DNA from: Mobula hypostoma
Taxonomy: Eukaryota
DNA length: 64,000 nucleotides
Direction: 5' to 3'
Assembly: GCF_963921235.1 (NCBI RefSeq)
Contig: NC_086097.1
Coordinates: 241,492,001 to 241,556,000 of the forward strand
Shown here piece by piece: positions 1 to 11,855 of the stretch. Under the pieces are notes generated by a model. That model did no database searches and was not told the DNA's origin. It worked only from the letters and a program-made list of their open reading frames with translations. The first letter of the stretch is position 1; every line of letters starts with the position of its first letter. The position numbers were made by a program, and so were the translations under genes.

Positions 1-796
1 GGGAAAAGATTTGATAGTTTCATATTCATAATCATTTATTTAACACATATATATTGGACATTTATTAATAATTTTCATTTGGGTTAACAACTGACACAAC
101 CCAAAAAGGGGGCCAATATGAAAAATAGATCAGCCGTGACCGAACGGTGGAGCAGACATGAAGGGCCAAAAGGCTAATTTCTGCTCCTATGTCTTAAGGT
201 CTTGTTCTAAACAGAAAGATTTTTTTAAAAAAGGTAACTTATTAGGCAGCCTTACAAATCCCATTTAAAGCAGTGGGTTTTCAGCTCTTGAGGGCTAAGA
301 CAGGGCAGAATCTGAGGGGAATTTTTCAGTGTAACATTGGGGACTGAAAGTAAGTTTGAACCTTCCACAAAGAGTCCAACAATGGATCAGATGACAAATG
401 TTGGTTGTGAATTTTCAGTGAGCAAGGACTTGTGCATCTGGTGACCAATGTGCAGAGGCCTCAGGCTTACTGGTTGTCCAAACAGTACATTCTCCCCATG
501 ACCGTGTGGGTTTATCATCTGGAATTTGTTGTTCTTTTATTATGTATTTTTGATGACCCTGGTTCTGTATTGCACAAGGAACCATAATAATATTATTTTT
601 GTTTTTGTTCTTTCTTTTTGTATTTGCACAGTTTGTTGTCTTTTGCACGCTGGTTGTCCACCCTATTGCTGTGGTCTGCCTTTGATTCTATCGTGGTTAT
701 TGGATTTACTGCACATGCCCAGAAGAAAATGAATCTCAGGATAGTATATGGTGCCATGTCTGTAGTTTGAGAATAAATTTACTTCGAACTTTTGAG

Positions 797-1040
797 AGAA
801 CCACAACCTTGTTGTTGGGTTTGGAGGCTTGTGTGCCTCAGTGATCTGGAGAGCTATGTTGGCTGGACTCAGGGCCTTGTGCTTTGACTCTTGGTAGGGT
901 CACCCATGCCAAATAAGTCAAAGGGTAAAGGCCAGAGTAAGAGTGGTCTATTGGTCCTCCAGATTCGGAGGTTCAGATGAGCTTTGACTAGTCAAAAGAC
1001 AAACTGTTATGGAAACAGCAATAAAGATGGAGGACCTAGG
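797..1040 (+). mobile_element. RTE (Expander/Rex3-like) 5'-UTR-derived short element, decayed
   Basis: Shares ACC-TTG..GGT, GGTAGGGTCACCCATG and AAGAGTGGTC blocks with copies at 36385 and 46246. Confidence 0.6.
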
Positions 1041-2189
1041 GTTGTAATGGGCAGTAAGTTTGAATACTGAACTTTAACACTGTAATAGTATTACACTAAC
1101 CACTGTAATACTGTGTCACCTCCAGATAGCTTAAAGTGACCATCTACATCTAGGTAGCCAGTCCTGATGAAAGGTCAACTGGTTATTTTCATCTGTAGAT
1201 GCTACTGACCTGTTGAGTTCCTCCAGTACTTTGTATGTTGTTGAAGAGACTACTGGCTGATGGAGAGAGTTGCTTGGTGCCAGATGATAGCTAGCAGCAC
1301 AGGGTTAAAATGTAGAGTGGCAATTAATAAATATATAAGAAATAGGAGCAGAGTTGTCCATCTGGCCTGTCGAGCCTGCTCCTCCATTCAATAAGATCAT
1401 AGCTGATCTGGCTCTGGATGTAGCTTCACCTACCTACCTTTTCCTCAGAAATCTTTATGCAAAATTATAACTGTGTCTAAAATATATTCAGATCACAAAT
1501 CCCACAAATTCCACAAATTCACTACTCTCAGGGAAAAGCCATTCTTTCTGATCTCCATCCTAAATCTATTCTCCTGAATCTTGAGTCTACGTCCTCTCAT
1601 TTGTGATCAGGAAACGTAAGCACAGGGATGGGGAGCACTACAGCCTGCTTTACGTCCCTGGAGAAACTCTCCTCCAAGCACCCTCACTGAGAGAAGCCTC
1701 TGCTAGATGAGCTGCCGAATCCCAAAACTTCAGTGGGGCACATTATGACTTGCTTGTGCGTACTTAAAATTGGGCTGTAAACCAGTGGAGGGAAAACATT
1801 CAGAAAGAAATTCAGATTCACTCCTGCACTAGCTCAAACCCAAAACATTATTATTAAACAACAAGGCCACATTTGTAATGGGTAAAGTGTGGAAATGCAG
1901 TGAACCAAACAATATTCTACTAGCCATGGTATAAATGGCATTTGCTAGCCAAGAAAAGTGCTGAGACAGGCTTGCAAAGGGTATTCAACACAGCAAATAC
2001 AAATATATTAATTATTCATCATATGGGTAGAGTGTTTTACTGTTGTTCTATAAATCTATCCTGCCACCAACCAATGTAACCAATCAGAATTACACTAGTC
2101 AGTTGTTGACGTTATGGTGTGGATGTCCAATGACATTGCTGCAAATCTATTTAGTCCAAGATTTTCTCATTCTCTGTGAAGTCAGGATT

Positions 2190-2435
2190 TTTTTTTTGTA
2201 TGCCATACTCTGCCAGAGCCTCGGCGACCACTTTTCAAGTAGTTGTCTTGGAGAAAAGATTCTGTGAGTGGTCCCCCATGTCCTTCTCACAGCGCAGTTT
2301 TTTTTTACGAGGCCAAGTTGCGAGCTCGACACTCAACCCAGCGCGGATGGAAAGCATGCCCGAGAGCAGCCCGACTGGATTCAAACTCGGGAACCTTCTC
2401 TCCGGAGTCCGGTGCTGATGTCACTACGCCACCAG
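2190..2435 (-). mobile_element. tRNA-headed SINE
   Basis: Minus strand begins TGGTGGCGTAGTG (A-box-like), then GAGTTTGAATCC (B-box-like); a related copy lies on + at about 38397-38560. Confidence 0.65.
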
Positions 2436-2910
2436 GATAAACACCAATAGAGCACAGTCAAGCTATAACTAACCCTTGCAATTAGACACAAGACAAGAGA
2501 AAATCTGCACTGTGTTCATTTCTCCTTAGGCAGTCTCTCAAAATCAAGAAAGGCTGCTTCCACTCCAGTTCGGTGTGTTCTGAGGCGGTGGGACCTGCAG
2601 ACTCTGTCACAGGTAGGGAGAAAGTTCTTGGGGAGGGGAAGGGCAGGATGGTGGGGAGTGTGCAGAGGAAGATGCTCCTTTCAACATTTTTACTGGGCTT
2701 CTCCATAGACTCTAAAGTGAATCAATGCTCTGAGCATTGCCTTAGACTCAACAAAACCAAAGCGTTGATCTTGTTGTCAAATGTGATTTGACAACAAGCG
2801 GAGGAAACTGGAGGTCCATGAGGCAGTCCTCATCAGAGAATTGGAGATGGAGGGGGTCAGTAACTTTATATTCCTTAGTAGTAACCTAGCAAATGTTAAA
2901 AGGCCTAGAT

Positions 2911-4365
2911 CAGTGTTTCCCAAACTTTTTTAGCCAAACGCCCCCCTAAAGCGCTTTCATACTTGTCTATGCCCCCCTAAAGCACCATCACACTTGTCAA
3001 CAACCCTCTTGGGCACAGTATACCTTCCGGAGCTCCCATAGTGTAAAATCGTGTCTACAACATGCTAACATGAGAAAAATGATTCCGCTTTAAGCTGTAC
3101 AGCAGCCTCAATATCAATGTTATGTTTGGGCTTGATGGTTTTTAGCAAGGGTTGAAATATCTGGTTCAAGTTGTGATAGCAAAAGCCTTAAATCCTCACG
3201 CATAACAATGTCCAAATGGTTTTTGTTTTTTGTGAGTATGTGGTTCACTGCACTGAAGCCTCTTTCATCAAGGTAGGAAGATGGAAATACAATGAAAAGC
3301 AGCTTGGCTCTTCTCCAAAGACCAGGAAACTCCATATGACAGTGTAACGACATACCACGAAAGCTAACAATTTTGAAAAGCATTTTTGCTTCTTCATCTT
3401 TCTGAATTTTGACCATTTCTTCTTGCAAGCTCTCTTTCTTTTCTTCCACCTTGCAATGAACTGGGTTAACCACACAGTTCAGAATTTCCAGATCATTCAA
3501 ATCCTTGAATCGATTCTGAAAATCCTCCTTCGGTGACTGCGGGCATAAGCAGTACTCTTGCAAATCAATGTCTGTGAGAGGGCTATACTTTCCATGCAGG
3601 GCAACTGTGAGAACATTCTTCTCCCAATATTTTGCTTATATATTTCCAATTTTCTGATAAAAGTGGGCGCTGCACTTTTTGTTTGGATTAAATTGAAATC
3701 CTCTCCCTGTGGTGTCATATTTAGAATGTTTATTTTGTCATACAGATCAGTTAGGTGTGCCACACCTCCATGTGAAAGTTCAACCTAGTTTCCCAAGCTC
3801 TTGTTGATTTTGAGCAAAAAATTCAAGTATGTCAAAAAGATCGAGAAATCTTTTAAGCAGCAGTCTTTTGACAGCCAATGCACTTTGGTGTGAAGAAGTA
3901 AGTGTTCAAACTTTTCATCATTATCTTGGCATAATTGGCAAAATATTCTGCCATTTAATAGTTGAGTTTTAATTTTGTTGATAGCAGATATTATAGGAGT
4001 CATGCTTGAAAAAATTTGCTGGCTGAGGTTTTTGGATGCTTTTACTCAGTTCCTCAGTACAACGAGTTATAATCAGAACAATTGATTACAAAGTACTGGT
4101 ATCCATTTTGAGAACAGTGGTGAGCATTTCTGATACATAAGGCACTATTAATCTTTCACCAGTAGTATGAGATTTTCACACTTTGCAATCATTTTGGAAA
4201 TGTTATAAGAAGCAATGAGACCACTATCAAGGTCATTTTTAGCTTTATTGCCAAATGAATTGAGTATGCAATGCTTTTCAAATGTTTCCTTCATCTTCTG
4301 GAATTGAGTAATTCTGTAAGTAGCCTTTTCAGGGTGTCTATTGGATACCAATGCAATATCTTCAG
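2911..4365 (-). mobile_element. hAT (Buster/Charlie-type) DNA transposon relic with frameshifted, internally deleted transposase
   Basis: Terminus CAGTGTTTCCCAAAC at 2911 after 8-mer GCCTAGAT (Charlie-like NNCTAGAN target). Minus peptides LLLHTKVHWLSK, LTDLYDKINILN, FPSSYLDERGFS..DLRLLLSQLEPDI, ASYNISKMIAK. Other TIR not found. Confidence 0.85.
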
Positions 4366-4769
4366 TCATCCAGGAACACCACTTCTCAGTGCGACCAATA
4401 TAAACTGGAACCCATATGCCAACAAAACACTGTCATTTGGCAGTCCTGTCCTCTCCAGGGACCATTCCCACTGCACACTCATAAGCAATTTTCCTATCAG
4501 CAGCCTAACGTGTGCGGACTTCAGCACAGTGTGCAAGGTACTACCTTGTCAGAATGAATAACACACTGCACTGATGCAAGAAGCAGGAGTCAATAGACCT
4601 GTGATGAGTTACTTGAAGCAGTTCTAACTTGAAGAGATATGTGAGTGGCATGTTCCTGTCTCCAGAAACACTTGGGCACTCAGGGCTGCTTTCTGATGTT
4701 ATATGGCATGTATGGTGGAGCGGTTGAAATATTAATATTTTCACTTTTGAGCTGGCTGCTATCAAGAGA

Positions 4770-6120
4770 GGGAGTTAGTAGAATGCCTACAAGATGGCTT
4801 TTTAGACCAGCTTGTCATTGAGCCCACTAGGGGAATGGCAATTCTGGATCGAGTGCTGTGCAATGTACCAGATTTGATTAGGGAGCTTAAGGTAAAGGAA
4901 ACCTTAGGAGACAGTGATCATAATATGACAGAATTCACCCCGCAGTTGGAGAAGGAAAAGCTAAAATCAGATGCACCAGTATCACAGTGTAAAGGAAATA
5001 ACAGAAACATGAGAGAGGAGCTGCCCAAAGATGATTGGATGGGGTCAGGACCAGGGATGATGGCAGAACATCAAAATGGATTATGAGGCAACTGTAGCTG
5101 ACAAAAGAAGTCAAAGACAGCAGAAAATCAAAAGAGAAGGCAAAATAACAAAAATTAGTGGGAAGCTAGAGGAATGGGAAGCTTTTAAAAACCAACAAAA
5201 GGCAAATTTAAAATCCATAAAGAGAGAAACAATGAAATATGAAGGTAAGCTACCCAATAATATAAGAGGATGCAAAAAGTTTCTTCAGATATATAAACAG
5301 TAAGAGAGAGACGCGAGTTGATATCAGACTGCAGGAAAATAGCACTAGAGTGGTGGTAATGGGGGACAAAGAAATGACAAACGTTATAAGTATTTTGTGT
5401 CAGTCTTCATTGTGGAAGACCCTAGCAGAATGCAAGAAATGTGACAAAGACAGGGGTCAGAAGTGAGTTTTGTTGATATTACTAAGGAGAAGGTGCTTCA
5501 TAAGCTGAAAAATCTGAAGGTAAATAAATCACCTGGACCAAATGGAGTGTACCCAGGGTTCTGAAAGAGGTAGCTGAAGAGATTCTGGAGGCATTAGTAG
5601 TTATCTTTCGAGAATCACTAGATTCTGGAATAGTTCTGGAGGACTGCAAAATTCCCAATGTCACGCCATGCTTCAGGAAGGGAGGCGAGTGGAAGAAAGA
5701 AAATTTTAGGCCAGTTAGCCAGTTAGTGGTTGGAAAGATGTTGGAGTCTATTGTTAAGGATGAGGTTACAGGGTACTTGGAGGCACATGATAAAGTAGGC
5801 CAAAGGCAGAATGGTTGCCTTCAGAGAAAATCTTACCTGACAAACCTGTTAGAATTCCTTGAGGAAATAACATGTAGGATAGGCAAAGGAGAGTCAGTGG
5901 ACGTTGTTCATTTGGATTTTCAGAAGGCCTTTGGCAAGGTGCCGCACATGAGGCTGCTTAGCAAGGTAAGAGCCTGTGGTATTACAAGAAAGATACTGGA
6001 AGATTGCTTGACTGGTAGGAGGTAAAGAGTGGAGATAAGGGGTCCTTTTCTTATTGGCCGCCAGTGGTGTGCTGCAGGGGTCGGTGCTGGGACTGCTCCT
6101 TTTCACATTATATGTCAATC
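4770..6120 (+). mobile_element. CR1 LINE ORF2 (endonuclease end plus RT), decayed; 5' part of an interrupted copy
   Basis: Peptides LGDSDHN, LDFQKAFGKVPH, GVLQGSVLG; continues at 6775-6920 and 9128-9860. Confidence 0.9.
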
Positions 6121-6204
6121 TTTTGGTTGAAGGACAATTTTGGTTGACGGTCAACAGCAGAAGCAATCTCATTGGCTCTTCACATGGCCTGAGACCCCCT
6201 GGAC

Positions 6205-6770
6205 CATACAGTGTCTCAGAAAGGCAGTGTCCATTCTCAAGGACCCCCAGCACCTGAGCATAACCTTTTCTGATTATTACCTTATGGTAATAATGAGAAG
6301 GGGGTATGCTCAGGTGCTGGGGGTCCTTGAGAATGGACACTGCCTTTCTGAGACACCTCCTTACCATAAGGTAGAAGGTAAAAAAGCCTGAAAGTATACA
6401 CTCAGCAATTCAGGAACAGCTTCTTCCCCTCTGCCATCTGATTCCTAAATGGATATTGAACCCATGAACACTACCTCACTTTTTCAATATATATTATATC
6501 TGTTTTTGCATGATTTTTAATCTATTCAATATGCATATACTGTAATTGATTTACTTATTTATTTTTCTTCTATATTATATTTTATTATGTATTATATAAT
6601 AATTATTATATTATTACTATCTGTTGATAAAAATTTATTAAATTATTATATATTATATAATAATATTCTGTTATATTTTCTTCTATATTATGTATTGCAT
6701 TGAACTGCTGCTGCTAAGTTAACGAATTTCACGACACATGCCGGTGATAATAAACCTGATTCTGATTCCG
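6205..6770 (+). mobile_element. Rex1/Babar LINE 3' end inserted in CR1, containing a fold-back duplication
   Basis: LRKAVSILKDPQH peptide; 3' UTR ending GATAATAAACCTGATTCTGATTC, as at 45330-45355. Confidence 0.75.
6211..6356. repeat. 146-bp near-perfect palindrome
   Basis: Outer 52 bp (6211-6262 vs 6305-6356) are perfect reverse complements; imperfect inner arm closes on a TTAT loop. Confidence 0.95.
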
Positions 6771-7511
6771 ATACGAAGATAGGTGGTGAGGCAGGTAGTT
6801 TTGAGGAAGCATGGTGTCTGGAGTAGGACAAACAGATTGGGAGAATGGGTATGATAATAGAATATAGTGTAATATAATGGGCATATTCATGCACTTTGGT
6901 AGAGAGAATAAAGACATGAATCTATATACTACTAAAACTCTCATGCTTCGTCTGTCTGCTTGTCTGTTTGTGACCTCCAACTAGCGCAAACGGTGCATTA
7001 CAGCCGCACATTTTTTGGCTAAATCAAATTAAAATGCGCTAACTTACAGAATGCCGGCTAAGTTCAGGGTTATATATTCGTATAAAATTGCTCATTCGCC
7101 AAAAATCAACAGGCTGGCTTTCACCTGAGACTCGATCGGCCATCATGGAAATCGGGACGCGACAGCCTGACGCATGTGCATGGCCAGCCTCAGCAGCGAG
7201 ACCTACCGGAGCAAAAGGGCAGGGCAGCTCTATTTCGAGGGGTCACATTCTGCTCATCACCATCAGCATGTGCAGGATTGGGACAGATCTAACTGCCACC
7301 CATCAATAAGAGATAATTAAATCCTATTGTAATGACGTACTTCGAGACACCCATAAAACCCTTTGCAGCAGTCAAAGGACAGCGGTGACTATATCACGTC
7401 CATTTAGGAGAGCACCAACCACACCATCAAGAATAATCAGCATCCTTTGGTGTTAGTGCTTTGTATCTTCTATCCAGCATTAGGGTAAAAAAATAAATGG
7501 TCAGCCTAATT

Positions 7512-7790
7512 ATGCCACGTGGAAAGGGAAGGGGGACATTATGGTCAAGAGATGACGCCAAACGTTGTCAGGAAGCGGCAAGGAGAGGGAGAGAACAAGA
7601 ATCGGATGAGGCCAGGGCCGCACGACTCCAGGATCAAAGAGTCAGGACAAAAAAAGATGAGAGAAGAAGAGACAGAGGAGGAGAGGCGTGCACGTCTCCA
7701 GGATCAGAGACAAACAGCAAACAGCAGAAGAGATGAAGAGACAGGAAATGAAAGGGCTGCACATCTCCAGAATGACAACGAGAGGCACAA
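7512..7790 (+). pseudogene. Frameshifted remnant ORF with 23-aa E(S/T)xxxRxARL repeats (STPR-like) inside the Helitron
   Basis: Repeat units start at 7599, 7669 and 7738 (70/69-nt spacing); +1 frameshift in the A7 run 7649-7655. Confidence 0.6.
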
Positions 7791-7799
7791 GGGTGGCAG

Positions 7800-8892
7800 A
7801 GCAACACTCACAACATGCTGAGGGAACTCAGCAGGTCGGGCAGCATCCGTGCAAACAATCAGTCAACGTTTCGGGCCAGAACCCTTCGTCAGGACTGAAG
7901 AGGGAGGAGGCAGAGGCCCCATAAAGGAGGTGGGGGGAGGGTGGGAAGGAGAAGGCTGGTAGGTTCCAGGTGAAAAACCAGTAAGGGGAAAGATAAAGGG
8001 GTGGGGGAGGGGAGGCAGGGAGGTGATAGGCAGGAAAGGTGAAGAAGGAATAGGGGAAATCACAATGGGTAGTAGAAGGAGGCAGAACCGAGAGGGAGAT
8101 GATAGGCAGCTGGGGGAGGGGGCAGAGTGAAACTGGGATGGGGGAAGGGAGGGGGAGGGAACTACCGGAAGTTGGAGAATTCAATGTTCATGCCCAGGGG
8201 CTGGAGACTACCCAGACGGTATATGAGGTGTTGCTCCTCCAACCTGAGTTTAGCCTCATCATGGCAGTAGAGGAGGCCATGTATGGACATAACTGGATGG
8301 TTATGTGAAGCGGAGTTGAAGTGGGTGGCAACCAGGAGATCCTGTCTGTTGTGGCAGACGGAGCGGAGGTGCTCAACAAAGTGGTCCCCCTATCTGTGTT
8401 GGGTTTCACCGATGTAGAGGAGGCCGCACCGGGAGCACCGGATGCAATAGATGACCCCAACAACTCACAAGTGAAGTGTTGCCTCACCTGGAAAGACTGT
8501 TTGGGGCCCTGAATGGTGGCAAGAGAGGAGGTATAGGGACAGGTGTAGCACTTGCACTTACAGGGATAAGTGCCAGGTGGGAGATCCGTGGGGAGGGACG
8601 TGTGGACCAGGGAGTCGCGGAGGGAATGGTCCCTGCGGAAAGCAGAGAGGGGTGGAGAGGGAAAGATGTGCTTAGTGGTGGGGTCCTGTTGAAGGTGGCG
8701 GAAGTTGTGGAGGATAATGTGCTGGATCCGGAGGCTGGTGAGGACAAGTGGAACTCTGTCCCTGTTGTGGTGACAGGAGGATGGGGTGAGGGCCGAAGTG
8801 CAGGAAATGGAGGAGATGTGGGTGAGGGCATCATTGATGACGGCAAAAGGGAATCCATGATCCTTAAAGAGAGAGGATATTTGAGATGTCCT
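7800..8892 (-). mobile_element. Penelope-like element, 5'-truncated (linker/GIY-YIG region plus pLTR), nested in the Helitron
   Basis: Peptide HIFPSPPLSAFRRDHSLRDSLV..YPCKCKCYTCPY..FTC; flanked by GGGTGGCAG (7791-7799) and GGATGGCAG (8893-8901), a possible TSD. Confidence 0.9.
7860..7897 (-). ncRNA. Minimal type I hammerhead ribozyme motif in Penelope pLTR
   Basis: Minus strand CAGTC-CTGACGA-A-GGG-TTCTGG-CCC-GAAA-CG-TT-GACTG: both core boxes, stems I and II, palindromic ACGT helix III. Confidence 0.7.
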
Positions 8893-9127
8893 GGATGGCA
8901 GGTAAGCCAGAAATGATGCCATAAAAAGTGTCCTTCGTTAAACGAGGAGGAGCTATATTTGCTTTGCTATGCATCGTTCTTCTTTAATAAACTGAGGTTT
9001 TCTACTTCAGTTTTCAAAGCAAAGTGATACCAATAGCATTCAGGAAAATTTAATGTTCATTCTGGTCACATCAGACTGCACTACCCTTCTCTCAAAGGGT
9101 GCCCCAACGGGTCACCCCGTTGTCTAG

Positions 9128-9860
9128 TTATTTTTTAAAGGAGAAGAAAATTCAAAAATCAGAGCTGCAAAGGGACTTGTGAGTCCTCGTGCAGGATTTC
9201 TAAATTGCTGGTTGAGTCAGTGGAAAAGAAGGCAAATGCAATGTTAGCATTCATTTCAAGAGGACTAGGATACAAATGCAAGGATGTAATGCTGAGACTT
9301 TATAAGGCATTTGTCAGACTGTACTTGGAGTATTGTGAGCAGTTTTGGGCCCCTTATCTGAGAAACGATGTGCTGGTATTGGAGAGGGTCTAGAGGAGGT
9401 TCCCAAGAATGATTCTAGGAATGAAAGGGTTAACGTACATCTGATGGCTTTGGGCCTGCACTCTTTGGAGTTCAGAAGAATGAGGGCAGATCTCATTGAA
9501 ACCCATTGAATTTTGAAAGGCCGAGATAGAGTGGATGTTTCCTTCAGTGGGGACTCTCAGACCAAAGGGCACAGCGTCAAAATAGAGAGGCATCCATTTA
9601 GAACAGAGATAAGGAAAACTTCTTTAGCCAGAGGGTGGTGAATCTGTGGAATTCAATGCTACATACAGCTCTGCTTGCAAAGTCACTTCAAACTCCTAAT
9701 GCAGGGGACGGTTGATAGGTTCTTGATTAATCAGGATGTCATAGGTTACGGAGACAAGACAGGAGAATGGGGTTGAGAGAGATAATAAATCAGCCATGAT
9801 AGAATGGCGGACAGACTCGATGGGCCAAATGGGCTAATTCTGCACCTATGTCTTATGGTT
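9128..9860 (+). mobile_element. CR1 LINE 3' end (continuation of the 4770 copy)
   Basis: KKANAMLAFISRG..LEYCEQFWAP; 3' UTR with TCTTATGGT tail. Confidence 0.9.
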
Positions 9861-10139
9861 GTACAGTCTAAATGGATCAAAAAATTATGGACGGACACAA
9901 CTCCAGAGGAAGAATGCATCTAGACATTTCATTCCTGATAAAGGGTCTCGAACTGAAACATCAACTATTTATTCCCCTCCATAAATGCTCTCTGATCTGC
10001 TGAGTTCTACAAGCGTTTTGTGGGTGTTCCTTAAGATTTTCAACATCTACCGAATCTCTTGTGTTTCCTGACATTTTGCACTGAGGTAGTATTCCAAAGG
10101 TACATCCATTTCTGTCAGGTAACGATGGTGAAAGTCTAA

Positions 10140-10465
10140 TTCATGACTTTGTATCGAATAGACTAGATTACTGCAATGCACATTTTACTGGCCTTCCAAA
10201 GCAATCTATTGACAAACTTCAACTCATTTAGAATGCTGCTGCTAACTTCTAACTAAAACCAGGACGAGGAAACATATCGCTCCTGTCTTAACCACTCTGC
10301 ATTGGCTTCCTGTATCTTTTAGAATTGATTTTAAAGTTCTCTTATTGTTTTTAAGGCCCTAATGGTCTGGGAACAGAGTACTCCACAGAATGGCTTTCAT
10401 TTTATAATCCTGCTCAAGCTCTCAGGTCATCTTCTGCCAGTCTCTTAATTGACAGGTCAGCTTTT
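10140..10465 (+). mobile_element. L2 LINE 3' coding remnant
   Basis: Translates to RLDYCNA..QL..NAAA..HIAPVL..LHWLPV..RIDFKVL; continues at about 10645-10670 and 11865-12100. Confidence 0.8.
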
Positions 10466-10474
10466 TGTTTTGAA

Positions 10475-10645
10475 TCACAAACATGAGAAAATCTGAAGAT
10501 GCAGGAAATCCAAGCAACACACAAAATGCTGGAGGAACTCAGCAGGCCAGGAGCACCTATGGAAAAGAGTAAACAGTCAACATATCAGGGCGAGACCCTT
10601 CATCAGGACCTTTGCTGAGTTCCTCCAGAATTTGGTGTGTGCAAC
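10475..10645 (-). mobile_element. Penelope pLTR fragment with degenerate hammerhead
   Basis: Same pLTR motif as 7800-7897; CTGATGA present but GAAA box changed to GATA. Confidence 0.7.
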
Positions 10646-10689
10646 GCTTTTTGAACCATGCTCCTAAACTAAACTCATTGATGAAGGAA

Positions 10690-11855
10690 GAGCAGCAAGG
10701 CATTTGATAAGGTAGCCCATGCAAGACTTATTGAGAAAGTAAGGAGGCATGGGATACAAGGGGACATTGCTTTGTGGATCTAGAACTGGCTTGCCCACAG
10801 AAGGCAAAGAGTGGCTGTAGACGGGTCGTATTCTGCATGTAGGCCGGTGACCAGTGGTGTGCCTCAGGGATCTATTCTGGGACCCTTACTGTTCGTGAAT
10901 TTTATAAATGACCTGGATGAGGAATTGGAGAGATGGGTTAGTAAGTTTGCTGATGACACAAAGGTTGAGGGTGTTGTGGATAGTGTGGAGGGCTGTCAAA
11001 GGTTACAGTGGAACAGTGATAGGATGCAAAGCAGGGCTGGGAAGTGGCAGTTGGAGTTCAACCCAGATATGTGTGAAGTGGTTCATTTTGGTAGGTCAAA
11101 TATGATGGCAGAATATAGTATTAATGGTAAGTCTCTTGACAGTGTGGAGGATCAGAGGGATCTTGGGGTCCAAGTCCATAGGACGCTCAAAGCAGCTGCG
11201 CAGGTTGACTCTGTGGTTAAGAAGGCATACGGTGTATTGGCCTTCATCAATCATAGAATTGAATTTAGGAGCCGAGAAGCAATGTTGCAGCTATATAGGA
11301 CCCTGGTCAGACCCCACTTGGAGTACTGTGCTCAGTTCTGGTCGCCTCACTACAGGAAGGATGTGCAAACCAGAGAAAGGGTGCAAAGGAGATTTACAAG
11401 GATGTTGCCTGAATTGGGGAGCAGGCCTTATGAGAATAGGTTGAGTGAACTCGGCCTTTTCTCCTTGGAGCAACGGAGAATGAGAGGTGACCTGATAGAG
11501 GTGTATAAGATGATGAGAGACATTGATCGTGTGGTTAGTCGGAGGCTTTTTCCCAGGGCTGAAATGGCTGCCACAAGAGAGCACAGGTTTAAGGTGCTTG
11601 GGAGTAGGTACAGAGGAGATGTCAGGGGTAAGTTTTTTTTGCGCAGAGAGTGGTGAGTGCGTGGAATGGGCTGCCGGCAACAGTGGTGGAGACAGATACG
11701 ATAGAGTCTTTTAAGAACCTTTTGGATAGGTACATGGAGCTTAGAAAAATAGAGGCCTATGGGTAACCCTAGTAATTGCTAAAGTAGGGACATGTTCGGC
11801 ACAACTTTGTGGGCCGAAGGGCCTGTATTGCGCTGTAGGTTTTCTATGTTTCTAT
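10690..11855 (+). mobile_element. CR1 LINE RT and 3' end, relatively well preserved
   Basis: 281-aa ORF with GVPQGSILGP, KFADDTK, RPHLEYCAQFWSP; CTATGTTT tail. Confidence 0.95.

Larger units (their letters stand above)
6921..9127 (+). mobile_element. Non-autonomous Helitron with both termini
   Basis: 5' A|TCTATATACT at 6921; 3' hairpin CAACGGG-TCAC-CCCGTTG (9105-9122) then CTAG|T at 9124-9128; no TSD; flanks rejoin into CR1 sequence. Confidence 0.85.

Noticed and set aside
6555..6695. AT-rich repeated block as a regulatory array
   Set aside because: Slippage expansion inside a Rex1 3' UTR; low complexity
10811..11656. Longest ORF (281 aa) as a functional reverse transcriptase gene
   Set aside because: It is a 5'-truncated CR1 ORF2 piece with an upstream stop and a frameshift in the T-run near 11640
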